A stretch of 64,000 nucleotides of DNA from Gnetum montanum (Eukaryota; Plantae; Gnetophyta), in the NCBI GenBank assembly GCA_015680685.1, contig MNCI01001921.1, positions 273,549 to 337,548 of the forward strand, written 5' to 3'. A program made the translations under genes and the position numbers. Numbering within the stretch: position 1 is the first letter of the stretch; the number at the start of each line of letters is the position of its first letter. Under the pieces are notes generated by a model. That model ran no database searches and was not told the origin of the DNA. It worked only from the letters and a program-made list of their open reading frames with translations. Positions 35,364 through 49,904 of the stretch are shown one piece after another.

Positions 35364-38300
35364 TGATGAGTGACAAGGTACCCCTACACTCAACCATACG
35401 AATCATAAGCATTCATGCATGATCTGGTCAAATTCCATGGATGGGACTAGTTGTGGCATCTAGATCATTATGCCTTGATCATAGTTTGTTACCTTCACAC
35501 TTGGACTAGTGGTAGCTTTGTCACATATGGTTTAGTTTAGAGTAAGACATATGATAATTGATGTTTTTTTGATCATATGCTACTTCTAACAATAATAAAG
35601 AAATCAATTATTTAACTAATTAACAATGGAAAGTAGAGTCTAAACTAGCCTACGAGTGATGAGTATTTGTTCCCAACATGCTTTACACATCTCAAATGCA
35701 TGTATCCACTACTGGGATTACCAAGCGCTATGTTATTGGATGAACCAAGTAATAATGTTGTTAGGGTTATCAAGCGAATATGTGTCTAAGCTCGAAACTG
35801 GTCATGCTCATTCTATTGTTTTATTAATATGCATGCAAATGTAACTATTAACTAAATACATAAAAAATAAATTTCATGAAAAGTAAATCTAATCTATGTC
35901 AAAGTGCTACAATGAATAAGGATCAATCTTAATCTTATTCCCGTTCATGGCATGTGTCTAGGTACATTGCCACTTGAATATGATGTCATACAACTAACTC
36001 AAATCCTGTGAGTAGTCATTGCCTATTCTCTAAGACTAGGGAACAAACTTGCAAGAGTTTGGCTCCTCTATTAACTAAACTATGCGCAAACCATGCATCC
36101 AAGAACTATATTTATAGGCCAACATACATGTCATAATATTAGATATCTAGCATTGCTTCTTGGGCCCTAATATTAGGTATCTGATATCAAAGCTAGGAAA
36201 AATATGGTTCATCACACCTCCATGACTAAATGAAAACTTATTCTTGAGTGAAAAAAATGAGGAACAAGTTCCTTACAAAATATTAGGAATGTATGGGATT
36301 ATTTGCTGATCTGCAAACTATTGACTAACTCTGATTGTGACATTCCAAAATTTTATTCAATTGGATGCATATAAAATGATAAAGTGACAAAAATACAAGA
36401 CAAACATTTAAGATTACAAAATTTTTAGAGGTCTTCAAAAATACATTGAAGATGATTCTTCGTAGCAGACTTCCAACCTTGATTGTTATGTCGATGCTTC
36501 TCTGGTTATGTACAACATCCTTCAAGGTTTAACTAAAATTTCTTCTCATCATCCCATTGATCTAGCAAACATGTGATGCTTGAGATACTATCTTGTATGT
36601 GTTATGATTTTTCCATGGGCATATCGTTTATTGTTCCCCTCTTAGCTTTGTTTTAATGCCTAGCAAAAGACCTTCTTCCTTAGGTGCTTCTTTTAGCATC
36701 ACTTGTAGTTACCAAAGGATCAACATTAGTTTTGGTTAATTTTTTCCTTAATAATCAACCCTTTTCAGATCCCTTAGTTTGCATTTAAGCACAAGGTGAT
36801 GACAACGTACTATGCCTAAGGTTATGGGGTAACTAAAATCATTGATCTATTCACATTATGTTGATCAATTACTATTAGTTACCATGATGTTCAAAAATAG
36901 GATGTTAGAAAAATTTCAAAGCGAACATCCCTAGCCCCTATGACTAATAAGTGTAACACCAAAGCACATAAATTTTTGAACAATTGAAACTAAAGGTCTA
37001 ATTTAGAAGATAACTAATAAATATTGATGGATATGGAAATAGAAAAGTACAAAAAAATAATGAATGGATGAGAAGTAGTCACAAAATCATGTATAAATTT
37101 AGAAAAAGTATCACTGATGTTTTGGAAGATGTGAAGGTTCATTTAAAGCCATGATCAACAAAAGTTATGCAATTGGGTCCTCCCAAAGTAGGCTCATGCC
37201 ATAATGCCCTTGCATAACCACTTCTATAGATGTCTGTGGGCATCAGAGTAGTTAAATGTAAACCATGCCTTTTGTTCCAAACAACACATAGCTATCATGG
37301 TTGGGGTGTTGCACTACACTACAAAAAATCAAAAGGCTAATAATTGCATGTAGTAGTGAGGTGAATAATGGGATGAGAAGGGATTATAGATATCGAGATG
37401 CAAAGTACTTGACCATGGCCACAATAGGATCTTGTAAAAAATGTGATTAAAATGATTGGTATACCTATCTATCTAAGTTTAGACCAAGTCCATACCATGA
37501 ACATTGTGACCTTGCATTGATGTGTTCCATTGTGCTAACCACCATGAGTCCACAACCACCTTAAAGAACAATCATCAATCCAAAAAGAGAAGGAAAGAGA
37601 AGAAGGGAGAAAGGGCCTTAGTTAGAGGGATGTATTCAAGCATGGGTAACATACCTTTCTAGCCCCATAACCAATGCTTGTAGCCCATTATTTTTTCTAA
37701 GGGGTGTGCTTTGAATTCCCATTATGTTTTTTTCTTATTTATTTGTTTTCTTTTTTGGGTTTTTTTATGTGAATCAAACCATGCAAAGATAGATCTTCCT
37801 TTTTATTGATCAATGTAGGAGTGATGATATGTTCCAATAAGAGTCATAAAACACACGAAAGAAGTCAAGAAGAGAACCCAACAAGTTCCTTTGAGGTCAC
37901 ACCATTTTCCATTTCCACTTGGCCATTCCCTCTTTCTTCAAGGCACAATGATCATTCATTTATTTTAGTTTTATGAAAGAAGAACCAAATTTTTTTCATT
38001 AAAAAGACCTTTTATTTAGAGAACTAGAGGGATGGATGAGGTGGTCTTCCTTCTTTACACAATTACTTACCTAATCATGTTGATAACATAGCACAAAAAC
38101 CCAACACATAGCATTGAATTCTATAGCATGACTTGGAAATATTATTAACAAAAACATAAAAGGCATTCATAAACCTAAAGAAAATATCTTAGGAAAAAAA
38201 GAAAATCATATAGAAAAGAAAAGAAAAAATATTAAGAAATGGAAAACATATTAAGAATCAGAAAATGTTGAAAGAAATGGAAAAAATGATAAAAAATTGT

Positions 38301-41300
38301 AAAATAAAAAAGTGAAAAGCACCTATTAGTTCTTGAACCAAGATGGTGCATCTCCCCCATGACTAATCTTATGGCCACATATTTGAGAGATGGACTGCAC
38401 ATTCCCCTAGTTATACATTACTAGTTTTCCATCAATCACTATTATTGATTTAATTAGTTCCATGGTAGCACATCTAACATTGGTGTTAGTCTTGTTTGGA
38501 TCATGCAAAGGTGTATCTTCATTTGGACTTGAAGGTATTTACATTTTGGGGGATCTAGATGTATTTACTTCTTCTTCGTGATTTTATATTTTAATTCGTA
38601 GGTCTCTATGTTTAATATCCTCTTTTGGTGTATAATCAAAGTGTAAGATATCTATGTCTAATTCCTTTGTTTGGTCCATTTTATTAAGTCTAGAACTAAT
38701 AAGTGAATCAATTACCTCCATGCATCTTTGAAATAATTTTATATTCTCATTTTAAAGCCACTAGGTGTTTTATGATTTAGTGGTTGCTACGTAGACTGGT
38801 TTTTGATCACACACTTGTTCCTTAACTTTATGATGGATCAGTATATGGGTTGTGTTAATATTTCAAACTTCTAATCCACAACTACATCCTTTATCATTAT
38901 TAGTGATGCATGGGTTCTTCTATCTCACCACAATGATAAGTTCATCATTTATGCCTTGTGTTGGAGTGGAAATGGTTGTTGGCCTTTTTGTATGATTAGG
39001 AGACATAATTTCGACAAGAAAGGTTGTTGCATTAGATTGGCATTGCACTCATTTTTATAAGTTAGTAGGTCCATGAGTGTTGTGATCATGCATGGAAATC
39101 ATCCTAAAGAAAGAATTTTTTCAAGATTGTGGTGGAAATCTTTTGGCATTATCATTTCTATGTATGTTCATAGCAAAAGTGGCATTCTTTCATCGATGTT
39201 GTGGTGCCAAAATTTCCTATGTTGTTGGTGCTGACATATGGTGGAAGGAAGTATGAGAATATTGAGGATATGAGGGAGGATGAGAGGTGTGATATGGTGA
39301 TCCTTTAGATGCTATCATGGTGTGATGATATTGGGAAGAGTGGTAGCAGTGATTTGAAGTAGAGAAAGTATAACTAGTTGGAGAAACAAGTTGTTGAACA
39401 TAATATCGATATAGGTTTGGCTAGCAGTAAGGGTAAGGTTGGTTGGATGGTCGTCCCCACAACTATGGATTTTTCCATTATGGTTAATAGTAGTTTTTAT
39501 GTTGATAAGAAGTCCCACTAGGATAGTATGGTTAGTTGTAGGATTGTCTATAGTTACCTTGTGAGTAAGGTAATTTCCTAGACATTTGCTTTTGTATGAA
39601 TTTGGGATTCAATGCAAAATCCCAATACTCATGTAGATGTAACATGACTAGGAAATATCCCTTTGGATGATCATATATGTAGATGTCACATCCATCATCT
39701 ACTCTAGTGGTTAAGTCTATAGCATCTTTTTCTTTAGCCATTTTCCCTATTTTCTAATAAGTGTTTGTAGCCATTTCTTGGTTCTTTTTCCTCTTTTTAT
39801 TGTGGTAACTTGATTTGTTTTGCATTACTCTCTCCTCTATGATTTCTAGGCAAGTTGTAACTTTCTCATTTATCCATTTTGACACCTTATATAGCTTTGC
39901 TTCAAGCACTTTGATAGACTTTTGTATTAGCAAGGTTTGTTGTGTAGTCACATCATCAAGAGCTACCTCTTTTTCCTCATCATAGATATGGATACTTTTC
40001 TTTTGAAACGTTGGTTCCTATATATTTTCCTCTACATTCTCTCATTTACATAACTCTCCTTCTTCTTTTGCAACCTACTCAATTAGCCTTTGTATTTAAT
40101 GGACTTTTAGTTCGTATAACTAACCTTGGGCATAAATCCCAAAGGTCTCCCACATTTCATTATGAATCCCATCTATGATATGGAAAAGTTACTCTTTTTG
40201 AGAGAAATCATAGCTGGGACATCTATGTACTACTGAATAGTATCTATCCAAGGCCACATCTAAGGGTTCATCATTTTCTGGCTTCCACCCTTGGATTTTT
40301 TTTCTTAGGTTGGGCACTCTTACATAGGTTTGGTATTTTTCATTGAAAAGTTCCAACATGGTGGACCACTTGTAAATGGAACTTGGTTCCAATGATCTAC
40401 ACCAACTTTTAGCTTTGTCTATTAGTATCCTAGGAAAGAGCTTAAGGTTTTTCCACTTATTTTTGATATTTTGCAAGGCACAAGCATCATGGAAGGCTTG
40501 TAAGTGATGTTGTGGATTAGAATTATAGCCTCCCCTAAATTTAGGAATGTTGTTTATGTCAAGTCATTTGATATAGTTATGCATTTAATGCCTTTGGGGG
40601 TATTTCAACTACCTCCCTAATTTGTGTTAGATCACTAGTAGCCAACAAGGATTCTTTTGTACCAAACACATCATGGTAATAATCTATATTTCCATTCATT
40701 TAATTATCATGATCTTGTTTATGCTCATTTTGATGTCTTTTTTTTTGCCCTTGGGTTCAATTTCTATCTTTATCATGAACCCATAGTGAAGCTCTATCTC
40801 TATACTTATGTTCATCTTCATTAAAACTAAATGTTGGAGAGGAAGAGGAAGATGAGGAACTAGGAGAATCACCATGGATCCTATACTTTTCCCTATGGTC
40901 TCTTGATTTATCTTGTCTAGGTTTAAAGGAGGTCCTAGGTCTTGAGGGCCTTCTTATTCTAGGACTTTCTCCATCTCCTCTAGGATTTTTTGCACTAGTT
41001 GAATGTAGTATTTGGGTGTAGTAAAGGTCTAAATGAGCATAGGGAATTCTTTCTTGAGGTCGTTCACTTCAATTTCCTTTAGTATAGATCCTATCATTTC
41101 TCCTATGAATGCTTTCATCATGTGCTGCAATCTTGGTCCTATGTGAAGAAGACATGATTTTTCCTAATAATGTGTGTGACTTAAAATATTAATATTTTCT
41201 AAGTGATAGAGCATTAATACTTTTACATCAATCAAGTATAATATAACTAATCTAGATAACTAGCACCATCCCCTAGCAACTATGCCAATGATTTGCAGCA

Positions 41301-42159
41301 AGGTACCCCTACACTCAACCATACAAATCACTAAGGTGTTCATGCATGATCTAGTCAAATTATATGTGTGGGATTAGTTGTGGCATCTGGATTGTTATGC
41401 CTTCATTGCAATTCATTGTCTTCCTACTTGGACTCGTGCTAGCTTTGTCACATATGGTTTAGTGCAAAGTGAGGCATATGATAATTGATGTTATTTTGAT
41501 CATATGCTACTCCTAATAATAATAATAAAATCAATTATTTAACTAATTAACAATGGAAAGTAAAGTATAAACTAGCCTATGGGCAATGAGTGTCTATTCC
41601 CAACTTGTTGCACATGTCTTGAACCCATGTATCCACTACTAGGATTACCAAGGACTATGCTAGTGGGCAAACCAAGTAATAATGTTGTTGGGGTTATCAA
41701 GAAAATACATGTTTATGCTTGAAACTGGTCATGCTCATTTTACCAATTCATTAATATTCATCGAAATGTAAATATTAACTAAGTACATAAAAAGTAAATT
41801 GCATGAAAAGTAAATATAATCTAAGTCAGAGTGTTGCAATGAATAAGGATAAATCTTGATCTTATTTTTATTCATGGAATGTGTCCAAGTACATTTCCAC
41901 TCAAATAAGACACTATACAACTAACTCAAATCTACACTTCATGCACTCACTGACTATTCTTTAAGACTACAGAATAAAACTACAAGAGTTTAGCTACTCT
42001 ATTGACTAAACTATGCCCAAACCATGCATCCAAGCACTATAATTATAAGACAACACATATGCCATGATATATGATATTTGACATCTCTTCTTAGGCCCCA
42101 ATATTAGGTATTTTATATTAGGGATCCAATATCAGAGCTAGGAAAAATATAGTTCATCA
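35364..42159 (-). mobile_element. Gag-only Athila/Tat-family element
   Basis: LTRs 35364-36214 and 41289-42159; PBS TGGCATAGTTGCTAGGGG; TSD GTTGT/GCTAT (two transitions); gag from about 41155 (LKLFPRILIDKAKSW..PSSIYKW..FNEKY..CP), homologous to 24505-22050. No RT, RNase H or integrase motifs seen. Confidence 0.92.
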
Positions 42160-42468
42160 GCTATCAGTGAGTTTCTTTGGCAATGAGGATAACCAATATG
42201 TAGCCTTCCAAGATGCTTGGTTAAAGTATCCTTTCTTTGATTTTTTGTTGAACAAATTGTCATATCTTTGGACACTAAATAATTAAATAATTAAAATATA
42301 TAGTTTCTTTGCATATTTTGATTTTATTTAGATTTCTAGAAAATTTGTGACATTTCTAGATGTTGAAACATTTTTGAATATTTTATTGGAAACCTTGCCT
42401 AGCCCATATCTTGAGACTTTTGGCATAGAACCTTTATGCTTCATAAAGAGGAAAATATATTAACCTTT

Positions 42469-45400
42469 TGATGTGTAGAATAGCACAATATACCCCAAAA
42501 GGACACATTTCATAAGCCTTCTAAGCAAAATTTGAGTTAGAAGTAAGAACAAGATAATGAATTAGAGAAAATTTCCCCTTTTTTTAATAACAAAACTCTT
42601 AATATGCCAAAAATTACATAAAAGATAAGAAACCAAGCTTAGCTAAAACCTCTCCCAAGAATCATATAGGGCACACATTTCCCCTCTTAGTTCTCAATTG
42701 CTCACAATGGAGCTAAAGCTCAACATAAGACACTTATAAGAGATTCTCTTAACCTCTCTCAAGTGCTCTCCCTTGCCTCTCACTCTTTCTCTCTCTCTTT
42801 CTCATGCCCAAATTTAAGCATTAGACTCTTATTTATAGCTTCTTATCATGTCCTTTTTTCTTTCCTCTAATTTACCATTCAATTTGATGTCCATTAAAAT
42901 CCATGAAAGATATCTTCAGGAAACACAAGACATATCTCCTAAGTGCAGGGGTATTAGAGTAGACATCTTGGAGAAGATGTCTTATGGTAGATGTTTTGGT
43001 GGAGACATCTATGAATAACAGTATATGTCTAGATGTCTATCTTACTAGGGCCAAAGTTAAAGATGCTTTCTTTAAGGTTTGGAACCTCCAAACACCTCCA
43101 AAAAAGTTCCCATAGCCATCAAAATACCCTAAAGTCATCAAAATATCCCCAAAACAATCACAAACATGGAAAAACACATTGGAATCATCATAAAAAGATC
43201 ACACAAGAAGACATAGACATATTTAAGATACATTAAGGATTACATAAGGGCTAGGTGATGTCCTCATCATATCTCCTAGCCTTAAAATGTCATGGTTAAT
43301 GACCTTTCAGAAGAAGGAAGGCACCATGACCCCATGACCCAAGGCCATCACTCCTATCATAATAATCAAAACTCAATGCATCAAAAACATCATGAGAATG
43401 AGTATCAATTGATGTTTTGCACTTGAGCTTCCCTTGCTCATGGAGGCTTTCCCCCATGCCCCACCATGCTTTCTTCATTTAAGCATCTCCTTGAAATGCT
43501 TCCCTTGCATCATCATGATGACACAAACCTACACAAGAATGACATAAAAATATGGAAAAATAATTATTAACATTAATCGATGGAGTAGGCCTTCTTGCCC
43601 TATGCCCAAACACCAATGGAAATTCTCCACTTACTACGAATTGGTCTTCCTTATTCTTCCAACATCTTCTTGCCAATACAAAAATCAGCCCAACACTTAC
43701 ACAAGTATCCAAAAGCATCAAAAAATAAACTACTACCATCAACACCCAAGATTAAATAGTAGCATAAAAAAACTTTATTTTCATTTATATGAGACTCCAC
43801 ATAATGAGTAATAGCATCCATATCAAATGTATTCTCTTCAACATCAAGGAAAATTTCATGATCAAAAATAGTATAGACCCTCACAATCTCCTTACAACTA
43901 GGAAACATCAATGAAGAATTCAAGTTACCAACCTCACTATCAACAATAGTGGACAACAATATAAACTTATGATTACCTTGCCTTACAGTCCAACTATTAT
44001 TTTCTCCATAAAAAATAGCCTTATTATCATAATTCCATGATCAACCAAGTATCAGATTTGAACAATCAATAGGCAATACATCACAAAGGATTTAATCATG
44101 AAAATATCCAATGTAATAATCAATAAGGCATTTTTCCTTAACTTGGTTATAATGATTCTTCATTAACCAACACACTTTGTATGGATTCGGATGAGGAATT
44201 GTAAATAAATTTAATGATTTCATAACCTTAGAAGAAATCACATTTTGTTGTGCTCCACCATCAATGAGCATACTCAAGAAATGACCTTTAACATCACAAC
44301 AATTTCGAAAAAAAATCTTCCTCATAACATCTTCATTGGTACTAACATGTCAAACAAAAGTACAACCATTCAACTCAATTTCATCAACAATGTATAAGGG
44401 ATCATGTTCACATACCTTCTTTGAAGATTCATGTTCATCCTCTTACATAGTTTGAATTTTTTCATCCTTAGAGGCATTCTTCTTTGGCTTTGTGCATTTC
44501 CATTATCTAGGACCTGATTCATCAGAATTATAACATATATCTTTAGCTCTTGGAGATCATTCTCTTCTTCTACCTCTCCTAGGAGAAGTAGACTCCCTTT
44601 CTTTCTTCTTTGGTTCATCTTCATCATCCTCCTTAGATAATTTTCTTGATTTGTGAGTTGTGTCTTTCTCATTTCCTGTCTTTTAATATCCTTCTTAAAG
44701 ACAAACCTTGTGATTTTCCTTTCATCCTTGAGAGAAAGATCATAGGCTTCATAAAGAGTATCAAGCTCATAGAATGCTGATTCTTGTTGATATTGCATCC
44801 TTAATCTACTAATGAATTTAGAAGCTTGTTCATACTTAGTCCAATGAACATTCACCTTTTTGAAAGCTTTAGAGAATTCAACATAGACATATTTTACCCC
44901 TTGATCTCCTTGTCTAAGAAATTTTAGCTTCTTGATGGCTTCATGATGGAAGGATGTACTTTTGCTTTAGGATGAACTTAGTGAGTTTCCAACTCTCAAA
45001 AGTCTTTTCATGTTCTTCAAAGTATTTGAAACATTCATTGTGCGACCATTTGTCTGCTAATCCTTCAAGCTCACTCTCAACAACATGAATCATTGGCTCA
45101 CTAGGAAGTTGCTTAATAAGAAAATACTTATTCACAACTCTAATCCAAGAAAGAAAGAAATATGTACGTCCAACACATTTAAAGATGGGGATATCCACAT
45201 GAGGAACTCTTAAAGCACTTCTTAAGATCTTTACAAACCTTTCATCATGATTTTCCTCATTATTTTGAAGAAAAGAAAACCTTTGCTCATACCTTTGAGT
45301 TTTAAATTCTTCTCTCCTTGGAGTCCTTTTATCATTTATTCCTCTTGATCTTTGTATATATGCAAAAGGATTTTCTTCTTCCATCTTCTCTTCACTTATT

Positions 45401-46526
45401 CTTGAAGCTTCTTCACAATATTGATGTTTGCTTGGCATCACCTTGGGAAGGAATTCTTACATTTTAGCAAAAAAATATTTAAAGAATTATTTGAGCTCTT
45501 AAAGGTCTTTTCCAAGCTCTTGATTAGTGTTCTTCTTAGGTGCCATACTTTTCATAAAGAAGATTCAAGAAATCTTTACCAATATTAGGTTCTCCAAACC
45601 CTAAGTGGCTATAAATCTTCAAAATTTCATCAAAAATTGATGAAGATCATCAACCTATGTGTGGATTCCCCTAAACCAAATTATTTGATACAAATTTGAT
45701 GTGGAGATTACCTCAATAGACCCCAAAAAGATCCATTCCACAAACCTTCTATGAAAAATTCAACTTAGAAGTAAGAACAAGATAATGAACTGGAGAAAAT
45801 TCTTCTCTTTTTTATAAGAAACTCTCAATATGAACAGAATTACATAAAATATAAGGAGCCAAGCTCAACTCAAACCTCTCAAAATGATTTTAGAGGCCAC
45901 ACATGTCCCCTCTCAATCCTCAATTTCTCACAATGGAGCCAAAGCTCAACACAAGATACTTATAAGAGATTCTATTAACCTCTCTTAAGTGCTCTCCCTT
46001 GCCTCACACACACACACACACACACTCTTTCTCATGCCCAAACTTAAGACTTGGACTCTTATTTATAGCTTCTTGGTGTGAGCTTTCATCTTCCATTAAT
46101 TTACCATTCAATTTGATGTCTGTTAAAATCCATGGAATACATCTTCAAGAAATAGGAGATGTCTCTCCTGAGTGTAGGGGTCTCAGAGTAGACATCTTGG
46201 AGGAGACATCTTGCAATAGACTTCTTGGTGGAGACATCTATGAAATAATAGTAGATGTCTAATATGCGGTATAAACTTCTATCCTACAAGGGTCAAAGTT
46301 AAAGATGCTTGTTTTGAGGCTTGGAACCTTTGGAAACCTCCAAAAATGTCCCCATAGCCACTCAAACACCCTAAATTCATAAAAATAGTATCGAAACACT
46401 CCCAAACATGATAAAACACCTTGGAATGATCATCAAAGATCAAACAAAAACACACACACAAAACAAGACACATAGGTAACCAAGATACATTAAGGATTAC
46501 ACAAGGGCTAGTTGATGTCCTCATTA
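42469..46526 (-). mobile_element. CRM-like chromovirus, non-autonomous (gag plus protease only)
   Basis: LTRs 42469-43269 and 45697-46526; perfect TSD CCTTT; the empty site is visible in the sister Tekay LTR at about 49170-49190; gag VDIPIF..LEGLADKW..SWKLTKFILKQKY; protease LIDGGAQQNVIS..PHPNPYKVCWL..CDVLPID..ILG. Confidence 0.93.
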
Positions 46527-49500
46527 CCTTTCTTACTTGAGGGGTTCTAACATTGCGTACATTTAAATGTGTAGTGCCCATAGTAGCCATGGAAACACCG
46601 GAAGAGGAACATGATAGAAAGGTGGACCAATCTTGTGTAAGATGGACCCTCTACACTTGAAAAGTAATTTCTATATATTTTGTATTTTTGTAAAATGAAA
46701 ACCTTATACACTTTTTGGATACTTGAGTCATGTACCTATTTTCGTGAATAAATAATCAAGTATGTTAGTTAAGAAATTTTCATCTATGCCATTTGAACTG
46801 TGAAGTTTCAAGAATCATTTTTCATTTCGGCATGCACAGTATGTTTGGGAAATTATAATATTAATACTATATATTGATATTTTATTTAATTTTTATTTTT
46901 ATTTTATTATTTAATTTGGTAAAACTTTAACTGGAATATCTTTATTTTTAGATGTTAGATTGAAGCAAAACATGTGTTGTTGGGATCATTGATTTGTCTA
47001 CAATTTAATGATGTAATTAGTGAAATTTTTTGACATCTACATTTTTGTAGCTATGTAAATCTCTAATTTTCTCTATTTAAATTTTATTTAATTATATATG
47101 TGAGTATTATAAAATTTTTCTATGCTATATTAGTTTACTATATTTATGATTTTAATTAATAATTTTTATTTATTTGCCACTTTCTTTGGAGTTAGTAAAG
47201 CAATGTTAAATTGAGATCCTTAGGGTTTCACAGCACTTTTATTAGTTATTTATAAGATGTTATAGATAATTAATAGGGGTGTTACATTGTTGATATTAGA
47301 GTATGGATTTTTCCTTTGGTTATCATAGCATGGAATTCTTTTAGACATTGTTTGATTTCTTTGATATTTTCTAAATCTTCTTTAGTATAAAATGTAGAAG
47401 ACAAGATCAATTACTGTATTCCACCAAAAATTGTCAAAATTCTGAGGTACCGTAAAATCAAGTGTTCAAGTAATTGTTGATCTCCCTTCAAAATAAAAAT
47501 CAAAAAAATTATAATAAGTGATCTAAAAATATAGAAAACTAAAAAAAATATGAGAAATAAGTTTCTCAAATTTTCAAGGAGGAAAATTTTTAAAGGAGAA
47601 GAGAGTGTCACAACCTAGAAGTCTGAATAAAATTAATTATTTAATTTATTGTGCAAAATTAATTTTTTAATGCTTTCAGATGTGTTTCAATAGATTAGCT
47701 AATTGTTATTACTATTAATATTGTTGTTGTTGTTGTTAGCTTTCTACATAAGTAAATGCAATTTGCTTGCTAGGGTATTTTGTTAAAGTTTTGTATCCTT
47801 TACTTTACTACTATTAGAGCTTGGTCATAGATCTTTTGAATATTTTATGATTAAATGTTAAAGTCCAATTATCCCATGAAGTTTTTCTTTCTATTAGTTA
47901 TGATGCCTTTACAAGTATTTAGCTCTCCATATTTTATTCTTTATGCACATTAAGTTATGTATATGCAATCTTTAGTATGCACATTCAGTTATGCACATTT
48001 AATTATGTGTCTTTTTATTTTATTATGCACATGTGATTATATAATACTTTATTCATGGAGAAACTATGAACCCTCACCCTACCAAAATCATATCTCTTGT
48101 TACCTTTTTGTCATTAAGCTAGGATTTAGAGTTTATTCTAAATTTTAATTAAATATTGCTTAAATTGGTTTTGAGGAAGTACCTTAGGATGATGTCCTAC
48201 CTAGATTTTGACCTTATTAATGTATCTAAAATGTTCAAAAATGTAGGTTTTGATCCTTGATTTACAAGAATTAGAGTTACATTTCTCAAGATATTATACT
48301 TTCTAGTTTATTAAAATACCTATAAAGGTTTTAGCATTTGAACTAGGTGAGCATGATAAGTAATGCCTAGATAATATTTCAATAGACAATTTGGTAAAGC
48401 ATTTGATAAGGTTCCAACAGGTTTAAATAGAATTTGATTTGGAGTCCTGATGTATGTGTTATTAGAGCTAGAACAATGAGGGTATTATTGGAGAGATATT
48501 ATGGGAAAATAACTTGGAAAAAATAATATTTGTGAAAAACTTTAAAATAAAAATTAAATAAAATTAAAAAAATTAAAAATTTACACTATGTTCATGTGAA
48601 TAGCATAAATTTTAAACATAGTGTATATATTATATGCTTAACATATAATATATATTATATGTTATATATAACATATGAAATTTATTTTTTCTCTACCACC
48701 TCACACATTTCTATTTTTAAAACAAAAATCTTTTCTCACATCATTTCTTTATTTGAAACTTGATTTTTTTTTCAATTTCTTCCTTTTTAAGCCTGTTTCT
48801 TTCATTTTTCAACATGTATCAAGCCAAGGTATCATGCTACATGTGATTCTTCTGCCTATAGATAAATTATGCCCTTTAGTATGACTTGTTTGAATTGTCA
48901 AGGGGTTTCTATTGCTATAGTTCAAAGTAGCATAAAATGATAATTTTGGGTATCTTGATAGGAAAGAAGGATTATTTTATTTTCATTTTTACATAGTTGT
49001 CCTATTTTATGGTTGATCTTGTAAGAAAGATTATTTTATTTGGATTTTATTGAGATTTCTAGAAAATTTGATCTTGAAACATTTTTGAATATTTTATTAG
49101 AAATCTTACTTAGTCCATATCCCAAGAATTTTGGTCTAGAACCTTGATGCTCTATGAAGAGGGAAATATAATCACCTTTCTTATTAAGGGGTTTTAACTC
49201 CTACATTTTAATGCAAAGTACCCAAAGTAGTCATGGAACCACTAGAAGAGGGACATGGGATGTAAGATGAACAAACCTTGTACAAGATGGACCCTCTACA
49301 CTTAAAAATGGAAACCTTATACACTTTTTCAATACTTGAGTCATGTACTTATTTTTGTGAATAAATAATCAAGTATGTTACATATGAAATTACTATCTAT
49401 GCCATTTGGACTATGAAATTGTAAGGATTAAGTTTGCATTTTAGCACATGCTATATGTTCAAGAAAATTTTATATTACATACTATATATTAATATTTTAT

Positions 49501-49904
49501 TCGATTATTATCTTAATTTTATTATTTAATTTGATAGACTTTAAACTTCAATATCTTTATTTCTAGATGTTTGATTGAAGTGAAACAAGTGTTGTTGGGA
49601 TGGTTATTTTGTGTACTATTTAATGATGTAATTAGTGAAAATTTTCAACATTTATATTCTTATGGTTGTGTAAATATATATTTCTATCTATTTAAATTTT
49701 ATTTAATTATATATGTAAGTATGATAAAATATTGTTGTGCTATATTACTCTACTATATTTATGCTTGTAATTAATAATTTTAATTCATTTTGCTACTTTG
49801 TTTTGAATTATTAAAGCAGTGGTATATATAGATCCTTGGGATATTTTGTAGCACTTCTATTAGTTATTTATAGGATTGTATAGATAATTGATAGGGGTGT
49901 TACA

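Larger units (their letters stand above)
33160..49904 (+). mobile_element. Tekay/Del-type non-coding LTR element with long LTRs and a 319-bp interior; its 5' LTR carries two nested elements
   Basis: 5' LTR 33160-47286 (interrupted) and 3' LTR 47606-49904, both TGTCACAAC..GGGGTGTTACA; TSD CATTT/CATTC; decayed PBS TGATATTAGAGT at about 47291; PPT AAAGGAGAAGAGAG. 33180-34600 aligns to 47625-49030, and 46532-47286 aligns to 49180-49904. Confidence 0.93.
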
